Part shown: piece after piece, positions 54,629-62,600 of the stretch
Layout of the letters: each line of letters starts with the position of its first letter
How positions within the stretch are numbered: position 1 is the first letter of the stretch
Virus record (IMG/VR): IMGVR_UViG_3300049573_000247
Span: 32,001 to 96,000 of that record
Strand: one strand, 5' to 3'
Origin: a virus
Taxonomy: Duplodnaviria; Caudoviricetes
Length of the DNA stretch: 64,000 nt
Program-made: the position numbers and the translations under genes
The notes under the pieces: generated by a model
The model's input: only the letters and a program-made list of their open reading frames with translations
Database searches by the model: none
What the model was told of the DNA's origin: nothing

Positions 54629-54738
54629 TTGTCGCCCGGCCTTCCCCCACGGATGACCGGGCGCGCCCGCTTTGCGGGGAGTCCTACAGGGGTCGTCGCC
54701 TTGCGGCGGGTCCCCACCGGCCTTCCCCGACAAGAAGC
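54629..54738 (-). ncRNA. candidate structured RNA in tRNA-Tyr leader
   Basis: closing stem CTTGTCG/CGACAAG enclosing three hairpins; -10 TAGACT at 54745-54750. Confidence 0.5.
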
Positions 54739-54775
54739 GACGTGAGTCTAGCACGCAGTCGGGTGTTTGTGGTGG

Positions 54776-54822
54776 TCGGCGGCGCCGCGCACAGTGTGTG
54801 AAGCAGACTGCGGCGCCGCCGA
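54776..54822 (-). terminator. hairpin
   Basis: tcggcggcgccgc...gcggcgccgccga. Confidence 0.6.
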
Positions 54823-54880
54823 AACCGTGTCAGCAGCGTTGCTCGTAACGTGCCCGCAGTGCGGGTTGCCGACATGGCGG

Positions 54881-55144
54881 TTATTCACCCGGAGGTGAGT
54901 ATACGTCGGCTGCGTCGTGAGCGCACGACATGTCTGGGACGTCGCCGTTGATGGCGAAGGTCTCGACCTGGTCGGCGATGCCGCGAATGAACTGGGCGAG
55001 TTCGACCGTGACGATGACCTGGTGGTCGTCGCCGTAGTGCGGGAGGATGGATGCGGGCAGTTGCCCGGCGGCGATGGGGTATTCATCGCCTTCGGGGCCG
55101 CGCATGATCATCGTCCATTCGCCGAGGTTCATTGTGCTCGCCAT
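54881..55144 (-). CDS. hypothetical protein downstream of terL
   Basis: SD AGGAG. Confidence 0.65.
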   Translation of the reverse strand: MASTMNLGEWTMIMRGPEGDEYPIAAGQLPASILPHYGDDHQVIVTVELAQFIRGIADQVETFAINGDVPDMSCAHDAADVYSPPGE

Positions 55145-55152
55145 TGCTGCTC

Positions 55153-56667
55153 CTAGAACAAGTCGGTAGTCGACCAGTCGACGGGGTCGGCGTGGATGCT
55201 GATGCCGATGGGGGGTTCGATGATCTCGCCTCGCCCGTATCCCGATCCTTTGAGGAGTCCCTGGGCGAGGTAGACGGTGGCGTCGATGCGTCCGGGCGAC
55301 TCTCGCGAGCCGGGTTGCCAGGTGGTCCACTGCTGGATGAGTTTGTCGTGTTCGCCTACGAGGCGGATGTCGCCTTGTACCCAGTATTGGGCAACGGGGT
55401 CCGCGCGAATGCGTTTTCCGTATCGGGCGCGAACTTCATCTATTCGGGGGATGGGGACATCGGGCGGAATGGTGCCGTCCTCCTCCAGATCGGACCATGC
55501 CGACTGGATCTGGAGTTTGCACATCTCGCCGCCGAAGTTCGTCTCCACGAAGATGACGTCGGCAGTCAGCTCGTAGGACATGAGAGCGACCTCGCGGGCC
55601 CACTCGGTGGGTGAGGCCTGTCGGGATTTGTCGTGGGTGATGTAGCAGCGGTGGTCGTCGCCGAGGAATCCGGCGACGATTCCGGCTTCGTCGCCGCCTG
55701 CGGTGCCGGAGGGGTCGACGGCGACGGCGACACGCAGTTTGTCGGGGAGCGGTTCCCCGGGGCGGTGCCGGGAGGCTTCGATCTGTTCGAGGTTGAGGAG
55801 TGCGCCTTCGGCGGGCTGGGGGTCGCATTGGAAGAGCGCGAACCAGTCGCGTTTGGACAGCGAGGATTGGAGGCCGCCCCAGTGGGCGAGGAGCGCGTTC
55901 GTGTCATCGTGGGGGATTTTGGGGTGGCCGAGGGGTTCGCCGAGGGCGCGGCCGAGCGGGTCGTTGGATTCGACGGCGATCGCGGGGAGGCGGATGACGT
56001 CCCATTCGTCGCCTTCGCGTTTGAGGAGGCGACCGGCTATGTCGTCTTCATGCCAGCGGGTGAGCACGAGGACGATGGGGGCGCCGGGTGAGCCTCGGGT
56101 GAGGAAGGTGGAGGTCCACCAGTGGTCGACGGCGTCGCGGAACAGCTTCGATTCCGCTTCTTCACGGTCTTTGTGGGGGTCGTCGCAGATGAGGAGATCG
56201 CCGTCATGGCCTGTCAGACCCGAACCGACACCGACAGTTTTCATGCCGCCGCCGGTAGTGAGCTTCCAGGCTTGGGCGGTGCGTGCTTCGGGAGAGATGG
56301 TGAGGCCGAGCTTGTGGCCGTGCTCGCGGACGGCCTTGCGGACGTCGCGGCCCCAGTTTTTGGCGAGGTCGGAGCCGTAGGCGGCGGCGACGACCTGGTG
56401 ATGGGGGTGGTGGGCGAGCCACCACAGCGGGAATTTCTTGGTGACCAGCTCGCTTTTGCCGGTGCGCGGCGGCGCGAAGATCATGATCTTGCGTTTGCCG
56501 CCGGGTTGGCGCAGCCGTGCGAGGCGCTCGCCGATGAGTCGGTGGTGGGGGCAGATCTGGTAGCGGGGTTCGAGCCACGCGCCGAGGCTGGCGGGATCGT
56601 GGAGCGCCTGGACGCGCGCGGCGTAGGCGTACAGCTCCGCGTCAGACAGCTTCGAAAGATCCGGCAT
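55153..56667 (-). CDS. terL: terminase large subunit
   Basis: Walker A PPRTGKS; LTG..GDLLICDDP.K; TRWHEDD; nuclease VAVDPS, ETNFGG, SPGRIDA. Confidence 0.95.
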   Translation of the reverse strand: MPDLSKLSDAELYAYAARVQALHDPASLGAWLEPRYQICPHHRLIGERLARLRQPGGKRKIMIFAPPRTGKSELVTKKFPLWWLAHHPHHQVVAAAYGSDLAKNWGRDVRKAVREHGHKLGLTISPEARTAQAWKLTTGGGMKTVGVGSGLTGHDGDLLICDDPHKDREEAESKLFRDAVDHWWTSTFLTRGSPGAPIVLVLTRWHEDDIAGRLLKREGDEWDVIRLPAIAVESNDPLGRALGEPLGHPKIPHDDTNALLAHWGGLQSSLSKRDWFALFQCDPQPAEGALLNLEQIEASRHRPGEPLPDKLRVAVAVDPSGTAGGDEAGIVAGFLGDDHRCYITHDKSRQASPTEWAREVALMSYELTADVIFVETNFGGEMCKLQIQSAWSDLEEDGTIPPDVPIPRIDEVRARYGKRIRADPVAQYWVQGDIRLVGEHDKLIQQWTTWQPGSRESPGRIDATVYLAQGLLKGSGYGRGEIIEPPIGISIHADPVDWSTTDLF

Positions 56668-56695
56668 AACCCGAATCTACCTGAATGTCCGTTTC
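56668..56695 (-). promoter_or_regulatory. leaderless promoter of terL with inverted TGTCCG box
   Basis: TAGATT 56679-56674, 6 nt, ATG 56667; TGTCCGTTTC 56686 on + strand. Confidence 0.65.
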
Positions 56696-56709
56696 ATTCA
56701 GCTATGAGA

Positions 56710-57045
56710 GTTCTGCGCCGCGCTGCTATCGCGCTTCGAGCCATGAAGCAGCGCGGCGCAGAACCACACAGGCCCCCCGGGACGACAGACCCCTCCTGTG
56801 CGCTGTAGTGCGGCCGTGTCCGATGCACGCCGCACGCGGCAAGTACCCACCTTGCAGTCTGCGATTGCGCCGGGTCACCCCGTCTGTCCAACGGGGCCTT
56901 CGGAACCTCCGATGCTACCTGGAGGTGTGGCCTCACTGGTACGCGCGTCACTTCGTACCGTACGGAGCGTCTCCGCTAACGTCCGCCTCTCCTGTGGCCC
57001 AGGGGGAGGCGACTGGCGGTGAAGCCACATGTGCCAGCTGCCTGT
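56710..57045. ncRNA. candidate multi-stem structured RNA upstream of terL
   Basis: nine or more stems covering most of a 335-nt intergenic region. Confidence 0.55.
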
Positions 57046-57046
57046 T

Positions 57047-57289
57047 TTATAGCATCCCGTCGGCGCCGTCGCTCAACCACAGCCCGAACCCGATGGTGCC
57101 CTCAGCGTGGCCACTGGAGTGCCTGACCATCCACGCCAGTGCGGCCTCGCGCGTGGGGGCGGTGGCGCAGGCGCTGCACGATGCGCGTCCCTGGCAGCAG
57201 ATGACCACCGGGTAGCAGTAGCCGATGTCGTCCAGCAGCCGGTTGAACGACCACAGCGGCGTGCCCGCGATCAGCGCATCAGGGTTCAT
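57047..57289 (-). CDS. small Cys-rich protein
   Basis: CC...CSAC...H. Confidence 0.6.
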   Translation of the reverse strand: MNPDALIAGTPLWSFNRLLDDIGYCYPVVICCQGRASCSACATAPTREAALAWMVRHSSGHAEGTIGFGLWLSDGADGML

Positions 57290-57638
57290 GGCCTGATGGT
57301 AGTGGGGGCGGCGGGGCCGCGAGGTCGTCTTCGCCGATGAAGTACGCGCGCGGCGCGGTCCACCATGCGATCGGTTGGCCGCTGTCACCGGTGAACGGCG
57401 GATCGCCGTAGAGCACGAACACGCCAGGCACCACCGTGATGTACCCCTGCGGTGCGTCGGAGCCGTAGTCGTCCCTGTCGCGGCGTCCGACGTGGATCTG
57501 GATGCCTGCATCGAGCTTGCCTTCGACATCGGTGGCCCAGTCGGCCAGGCGCAGCATCAGCCGCGACTTCAGATCGGGAGGGCACACCAGCGTGATCGGT
57601 GGCTGGGACAGATAGGAGTCGTCGATCTGCTCGCTCAC
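57279..57638 (-). CDS. hypothetical protein
   Basis: GTGA overlap. Confidence 0.65.
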   Translation of the reverse strand: MSEQIDDSYLSQPPITLVCPPDLKSRLMLRLADWATDVEGKLDAGIQIHVGRRDRDDYGSDAPQGYITVVPGVFVLYGDPPFTGDSGQPIAWWTAPRAYFIGEDDLAAPPPPLPSGHEP

Positions 57639-57982
57639 ACGGTCTCCAGGTCGTCGGGGAAGTCGGCGGCGGTGATCGTGAACGAGGGACCGCGCAGCAG
57701 CTTGTGCCACCAGCGCCACCGGATTGTTCTGCCCCGCGACGTGAACGGCAGCGGCCCGTACTGGTCGAGCATCGGTGCCTCCACGGTCCAGTAGGCCATG
57801 CTGCGGCAGCCGCAGGAGGAGGCGGTGCGCAGGTGCAGGCGCGCATCGGTGCGGCCCTCGGGCGTAGCGCACCACGAGACCAGCGCCTGCGCGAGGCGCT
57901 GCTTCACTGCGTCGTCCTGCGGCAGCAGTTCGATCAGGCGCGGATCGCGGCGCACCGGTGCGGGGAGCGCCGGGTCTCTCAT
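57635..57982 (-). CDS. hypothetical protein
   Basis: ATGA overlap. Confidence 0.65.
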   Translation of the reverse strand: MRDPALPAPVRRDPRLIELLPQDDAVKQRLAQALVSWCATPEGRTDARLHLRTASSCGCRSMAYWTVEAPMLDQYGPLPFTSRGRTIRWRWWHKLLRGPSFTITAADFPDDLETV

Positions 57983-58401
57983 CGCTGCTCCGTGTCGGCA
58001 GGGACGGGTGTCCATGGCAGCGCGATATCGTCGCCGTCGCTTCTGGGAAGGTAATGCAGATGCAGGTGGTCGACGGTCTGGGTCGCTTCGGCGCCGATGT
58101 TGATGATGAGGTTGAACGGCTTGCGCTGGGCCAGGGCGTACTGCCATGCGGCCATCCACATGTACGCGGTCGGCGAGTGGCTGACAGCGACCCCGTGGTC
58201 TCTGGTGACGTGCAGGCGCGGGATGAACAGCACGTGACCCTCAACCCGGGGGTTGAGGGGGACGATCGCGATGGCGTTGGTGAACTTCGCGACGACCTGG
58301 GCCGGTGCTTGACCGGTGATGATGCGGCAGAACGGGCACGGGCCGTCGACGCGGGCGTCCACCTCGTTCTTGCTCGCTGCTTGACTGGACGCCCGCGTCA
58401 T
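57979..58401 (-). CDS. HIT-family nucleotide hydrolase
   Basis: CPFCRII; PLNP..EGHVL.IP; QTVDHLHLHYLPR. Confidence 0.93.
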   Translation of the reverse strand: MTRASSQAASKNEVDARVDGPCPFCRIITGQAPAQVVAKFTNAIAIVPLNPRVEGHVLFIPRLHVTRDHGVAVSHSPTAYMWMAAWQYALAQRKPFNLIINIGAEATQTVDHLHLHYLPRSDGDDIALPWTPVPADTEQR

Positions 58402-58850
58402 GCTCCTGCTTCCACAGTGTATCCGATGGATTCTCGTGTCCACATCGAACACGGGCCGGTGGTGTCGATGAGGTGCTGTTCGCCCGGCGGGACGATGCCG
58501 CCGGTGGCCAGCTGATGGCGCTGGCGCCGCGCGCAGGCGGCGATGCCGACCTCGGGGCGCTCACCGGTGCGACGCTGGCGGGCGAGGTACTGCTTCGCGC
58601 GGCGACGCTCAGCTTTGGTCGTGCGCGCCTGGGGCATGAGCCCGGCAGCACGCAGCTGTGGTTCGAGAACATCGGACAGGCAGGCGGACAACTCGCTGAA
58701 GGAGGCCTGCAGGCCCTCGACGGCGTCAGCGAGGGACTGCCCCACGGTGTGCATGTACGCCTGCAAGGACGTGAACGGAAGATCGGTATCGGTCACCGAC
58801 CTATATTCGCGCACAGCGGCACCGAAATCAGGGATAGAACAGCTTCGCAA
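58398..58850 (-). CDS. hypothetical protein
   Basis: fills operon gap; start uncertain. Confidence 0.5.
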   Translation of the reverse strand: MRSCSIPDFGAAVREYRSVTDTDLPFTSLQAYMHTVGQSLADAVEGLQASFSELSACLSDVLEPQLRAAGLMPQARTTKAERRRAKQYLARQRRTGERPEVGIAACARRQRHQLATGGIVPPGEQHLIDTTGPCSMWTRESIGYTVEAGA

Positions 58851-59391
58851 CGCGCAGCGCTGCCCGCTTGCACTTGCGGGCCGCTCGTATCTGGCCGCTG
58901 TTACTGGTGACGACCGCTTTTATGAACGCGCCGTCGGGGTCGTAGTGCATCTCCATGAGCTTGGCGTGGTCGGTGTCCTCGTCGAACAGCCAGAAGTCAT
59001 GGCCCATCTTGCGGACGTGCTTGATCCACTGCCCCGGTTCGACCCACGCGATGCGGATGTTCTCCCCGGCCGCCTTGGTTTCGGCGTAGACGGCCAGCTC
59101 GAACCGGAGGTAGTCGTTGAGCGCCAGTCTCCCGGTCTCGTCGGTGGTGCGCTCGATGACGTGCACGCGTCCGATGTCGCGGCCGTGCTCCACGGCAGGC
59201 GCGATGACGTTCTCGATCCACGGCTTGACGTGGCTCATGTCCCTATCGCCTGCGAGGAATCGTTCGAAGGCGTCCTGTTCGTAGCCGACGTCGTAAGCCT
59301 GGAGGGTCTCCAGGCGCCACGCCGAGTCGGTAAAGCCGGTGAAGTACGCCTCGAATTCCGGGTCATCGAGGCTCGTGATCGTTGTCGGCAT
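58828..59391 (-). CDS. DUF6879 family protein
   Basis: F..SAWRLET..Y; GRVHV; DYLRFE; AGENIRI; DFWLFD; MHY. Confidence 0.88.
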   Translation of the reverse strand: MPTTITSLDDPEFEAYFTGFTDSAWRLETLQAYDVGYEQDAFERFLAGDRDMSHVKPWIENVIAPAVEHGRDIGRVHVIERTTDETGRLALNDYLRFELAVYAETKAAGENIRIAWVEPGQWIKHVRKMGHDFWLFDEDTDHAKLMEMHYDPDGAFIKAVVTSNSGQIRAARKCKRAALRVAKLFYP

Positions 59392-59406
59392 CGTGGTGCT
59401 TTCTGG

Positions 59407-59736
59407 TTAGGGCCTGCGCCAGCGCTCCCGGATGCGGGCGGCCATGCGCATTCGCCTGCCTGATCCGCCGCATGCATCGCACATGGTGAACGTTTTCTTC
59501 CAGATGTACTTGGCGAAGTGCTTGCCTCGGCCTTTGCAGACTCGGCACGGTTTTTGGTCGCGGATGAAGGCGCCGTGGACGAACCAGACGATAACAAAGG
59601 CAATGGCGGCAATGATGACGGCGGTGCGCAGCTGCGGATAGTCGACCAGGAGTTCCCAGATGATGAGTCCGATGTCGCGCAGGATGCTCCCGATGGCGAG
59701 GGCGAAGGTGCCCAGCGCTGGCCAGAGGTCGCTCAT
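59407..59736 (-). CDS. membrane protein with CxxCxGxG Zn finger
   Basis: TM helices; PCRVCKGRG...CDACGGSGRR. Confidence 0.8.
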   Translation of the reverse strand: MSDLWPALGTFALAIGSILRDIGLIIWELLVDYPQLRTAVIIAAIAFVIVWFVHGAFIRDQKPCRVCKGRGKHFAKYIWKKTFTMCDACGGSGRRMRMAARIRERWRRP

Positions 59737-59737
59737 G

Positions 59738-60232
59738 TCACCGTGTGGTCTGGGCGTTGGTGATCTGCTCAGCTGCTTGTTCGAGCTGGGCGATCACCGC
59801 TTTCGTGCCTTCGACGCCGTCGTCGAGCTGCGGCAGCATGGCCATGATCGAGGCGACGGCGGTGTTCTTGGCCTCTTCGACGGCTCCGGTGAGGGTGGCG
59901 AAGAAGTCGTTCGCGGCACCGGCATTGCTGACCGCGTTCTGGCAGGCCTCCTGTGCGGCCAGCACGAATGGCAGTGTGCCCTGTCCGGCGCTGGTCGTGG
60001 CCGAGACGTGCTCTTCGGCGGGGCCGATGGTGGCATCGACTGAACCCTTGGTCGCGTCGGCCTGCGCTGCAAGCGAGGTGACCAAGCCCTGGAGTTCGCT
60101 GAAGGCGGCGATGACGGCTCCGGCGGTGGCCTCGGCGGTGGTTTTGAGGTGCTGTTCGCTCTGCGTGGCGAGGGCCTGCGCTTCTGCGGTAGCGGCTGTC
60201 ACGGCGGCGGCGTGGTCTTCGGAGGCGCTCAT
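59738..60232 (-). CDS. Ala-rich helical protein
   Basis: SD GAAAGG; Ala/Thr/Gln-rich. Confidence 0.75.
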   Translation of the reverse strand: MSASEDHAAAVTAATAEAQALATQSEQHLKTTAEATAGAVIAAFSELQGLVTSLAAQADATKGSVDATIGPAEEHVSATTSAGQGTLPFVLAAQEACQNAVSNAGAANDFFATLTGAVEEAKNTAVASIMAMLPQLDDGVEGTKAVIAQLEQAAEQITNAQTTR

Positions 60233-60351
60233 GAACATCCTTTCGGTGCTGGGTGATTCGTGAGGATATCCCACGTCCTCATGGGACCGGTTTTCGCCCG
60301 ATACCAGAGACAAGTACGTTTTTGAACTAGTTCGTCGTGCATTTACACTTT

Positions 60352-60372
60352 TGTCCGGTTTATGCTGTTGTG
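60352..60372 (+). promoter_or_regulatory. leaderless promoter of head operon with TGTCCG box
   Basis: TGTCCGGTTT 60352; TATGCT 60361-60366; GTG 60373. Confidence 0.65.
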
Positions 60373-60855
60373 GTGGATGACTGGCTGACGATCGCGCTTG
60401 CCCTGGCCATGACGGCCAGGATCACGAGGCTGATCACGTTCGACACGATCACCCAGCCGATCCGCGATCGGCTGCCCGGACTGCTCGGGGCGCTGGTCCA
60501 GTGCCCTTGGTGCTCCGGGTTCTGGGTCGCCGTCGCAGTCGGCTTCTCCTGGCACTGGTGGGCCGACCAGACCTGGTGGCAGATCAACGCACTGATCTGG
60601 GCGCTCTCCTGGTTCGCTGGAGCCGTTTCCAACGCTGCGATGCCCGGTCAGCATGAGGTCGCCATGGTCGGACCCGTCGCACTGCTCAACGCCGACGAAC
60701 CGGTCCGCGAAACCGTCGAACGGGTCGAGACCACCAACGAGATCCACATCGACACGCGCGAGGAAGCCGACCCCGAGGAAATCGCCCGGATCGTCGTCGA
60801 AGCACTCCAGCGCGCCAAGTGGGGTCCGGCGAACAAGGCGGGCGGGTCTGACTGA
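60373..60855 (+). CDS. DUF1360-like membrane protein
   Basis: ARITRLITFDTITQPIR...LVQCPWCSGFWV. Confidence 0.85.
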   Translation: MDDWLTIALALAMTARITRLITFDTITQPIRDRLPGLLGALVQCPWCSGFWVAVAVGFSWHWWADQTWWQINALIWALSWFAGAVSNAAMPGQHEVAMVGPVALLNADEPVRETVERVETTNEIHIDTREEADPEEIARIVVEALQRAKWGPANKAGGSD

Positions 60856-62594
60856 TGGGATTCGGCTCGCAGCTCAAAAGCCTGACGGCCGCCATGTTTC
60901 GCGGTCGGCCGGTCGGCGTACCCACCGGCCGCATCGGGATGGGCTCCTATGCGCTGCAGGGCGCCACCGCCGAATGGCAGGCTGAAGCCGCTGAGCTGTA
61001 CAACGTCGTCCCCGAGCTGCGCTACGGCATCTACTGGATCGCCTCCTCATCCTCCCGCGCCACGCTCACCGTCGCCAAGAAGCCCACCGGCGAACAGGCG
61101 ACGCCCGAGACCGTCTCCCGCGACAACCCCGCGTGGGAGCCACTCAACGAACTCGCGCCCACCGCCCCCGAGCAGGCGATGCTCATCTACCGCATCGTCA
61201 CGCTCATGAAGCTGCTCGGGCGATGGCGCCTCGTCGGCTTCGACACCGACGACGGCAAGCGCCAGTGGGTCGTCACCTCCGAATACGACTACAACGAATC
61301 GGGCAACGGCGTCAGCGTCCACGACGCCACCACCGGCGTCAACTACACCCTCGGCCGCGACCAGGTGTGGTCCATTCCCATGCTCATGCCCCACCCCATC
61401 CGCTCCTCCGAACCCGACGCCCCCACCAGAGCGCTCATTCCCACCCTCCACGAACTCATCGACCTCTCCGGACACGTCCAGACCGCCGCCAAGTCACGCC
61501 TGGCCGGAGCAGGGCTGCTCCTGATTCCCAACCAGGTCTCCACCGTCGCCCCCGGCCAGTCCAGTGGCGTCAACCCACCCGACGGCGACCCGGCGATGAC
61601 CGCACTCATGCGCACCGCTCAGGCCAGCCTGCGCTCCCCCACCGACGTCTCCCGCCACCTCCCGGTCATCTTCAAAGGCCAGCAGGAAGCGCTCAACGCC
61701 GTCCGCCACCTCAGCCTGCAAACCCCGTTCGACGAACGAGTCGACTCGCTCAGAACATCAGCAGTCCGGCGAATCGCCATCGGATTGGACATTCCACCCG
61801 AAGTGCTCACAGGCATGGGCGACCTGAACCACTGGACAGCATGGGCTGTCGAGGCCTCCGGCCAGCGCGTCAACATCGAGCCCACGTTGAATTTCGTGTG
61901 CCGGGAGTTGACCACGAAGTTCCTGCAGCCCGCGCTGAAAGCTATGGGGTTGCCCGACGCCGACCAGTACATGGTCTCGTTCGACCCGGCCGGGGCGCAG
62001 TCCGAGGCCAACAAGGGCGACCTCGCGCTGGCGGCCTACGAGTTGGGCATCATCTCGGCCGACGCGGCTCGCAGCTCCTTGGGCTATGGCTCGGAGGATG
62101 CGCCGGAGCCGGGATCGGTGCCGCCGGGCCAGGCAGTGGTGCCCGGTGGGCGCGAGGGCGGCCTGGTCCCCAGTGCGATGGACCGCCTTGCCGACCGGCT
62201 GCGCGACCAGACCAACCGCGCCGGTCCCGCGTCGGGGACGCAGTCGCAGGTCGGGCTCGAATCGCTCGCGGCCGACGCCGGATGGGCGGCTTGTGCCGAC
62301 ATCGGGGCGCGCCGCGCGCTGCGCCGGTGCGGGCAGTACCTCCTGGGTTCTTCACGGGCGCTGCGCGGCCGGTATCGCGATACGCCTCTTGAGGCGATGC
62401 ATACCCAGATCCGTGCGGAGCCCGACACGGTTGCCTCCGCGTTGCGGGATGGGTTTGCCGAATTGGCTGAGGCCGCGCCGCAGTTGGTCGACCCCGTAGC
62501 CCGATATGTCCGCTTTAGGATAGAAACAGGTACTAAGCACGATAAGTCAGAAATGTGCAGGTATCTTCTAGAAGAGGCGAACACGAGGGGGTAG
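60855..62594 (+). CDS. portal protein
   Basis: WQ.EA..Y..VPELRY; AKSRLAGAGLL.IP; RRIAIGLDIPPE.L.G...NHW.AW (cluster-B-like actinophage portal). Confidence 0.88.
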   Translation: MGFGSQLKSLTAAMFRGRPVGVPTGRIGMGSYALQGATAEWQAEAAELYNVVPELRYGIYWIASSSSRATLTVAKKPTGEQATPETVSRDNPAWEPLNELAPTAPEQAMLIYRIVTLMKLLGRWRLVGFDTDDGKRQWVVTSEYDYNESGNGVSVHDATTGVNYTLGRDQVWSIPMLMPHPIRSSEPDAPTRALIPTLHELIDLSGHVQTAAKSRLAGAGLLLIPNQVSTVAPGQSSGVNPPDGDPAMTALMRTAQASLRSPTDVSRHLPVIFKGQQEALNAVRHLSLQTPFDERVDSLRTSAVRRIAIGLDIPPEVLTGMGDLNHWTAWAVEASGQRVNIEPTLNFVCRELTTKFLQPALKAMGLPDADQYMVSFDPAGAQSEANKGDLALAAYELGIISADAARSSLGYGSEDAPEPGSVPPGQAVVPGGREGGLVPSAMDRLADRLRDQTNRAGPASGTQSQVGLESLAADAGWAACADIGARRALRRCGQYLLGSSRALRGRYRDTPLEAMHTQIRAEPDTVASALRDGFAELAEAAPQLVDPVARYVRFRIETGTKHDKSEMCRYLLEEANTRG

Positions 62595-62600
62595 GGCGCG

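Noticed and set aside
54629-54738. c-di-GMP or c-di-AMP riboswitch, or SRP RNA
   Set aside because: Only isolated GCAA(A) and GGAAG words match; the conserved cores are absent
56694-56951. 85-aa minus ORF and 176-aa plus ORF (56685-57215) over the structured region
   Set aside because: No codon bias, SD or motif; the region is better explained as RNA structure
56710-57045. tmRNA, RNase P RNA or group I intron
   Set aside because: No tRNA-like T-arm/CCA end, no RNase P P4 or group I core sequences recognised, and no interrupted gene
59738-60232. WXG100/ESX substrate
   Set aside because: No WxG motif (no Trp) and longer than about 100 aa
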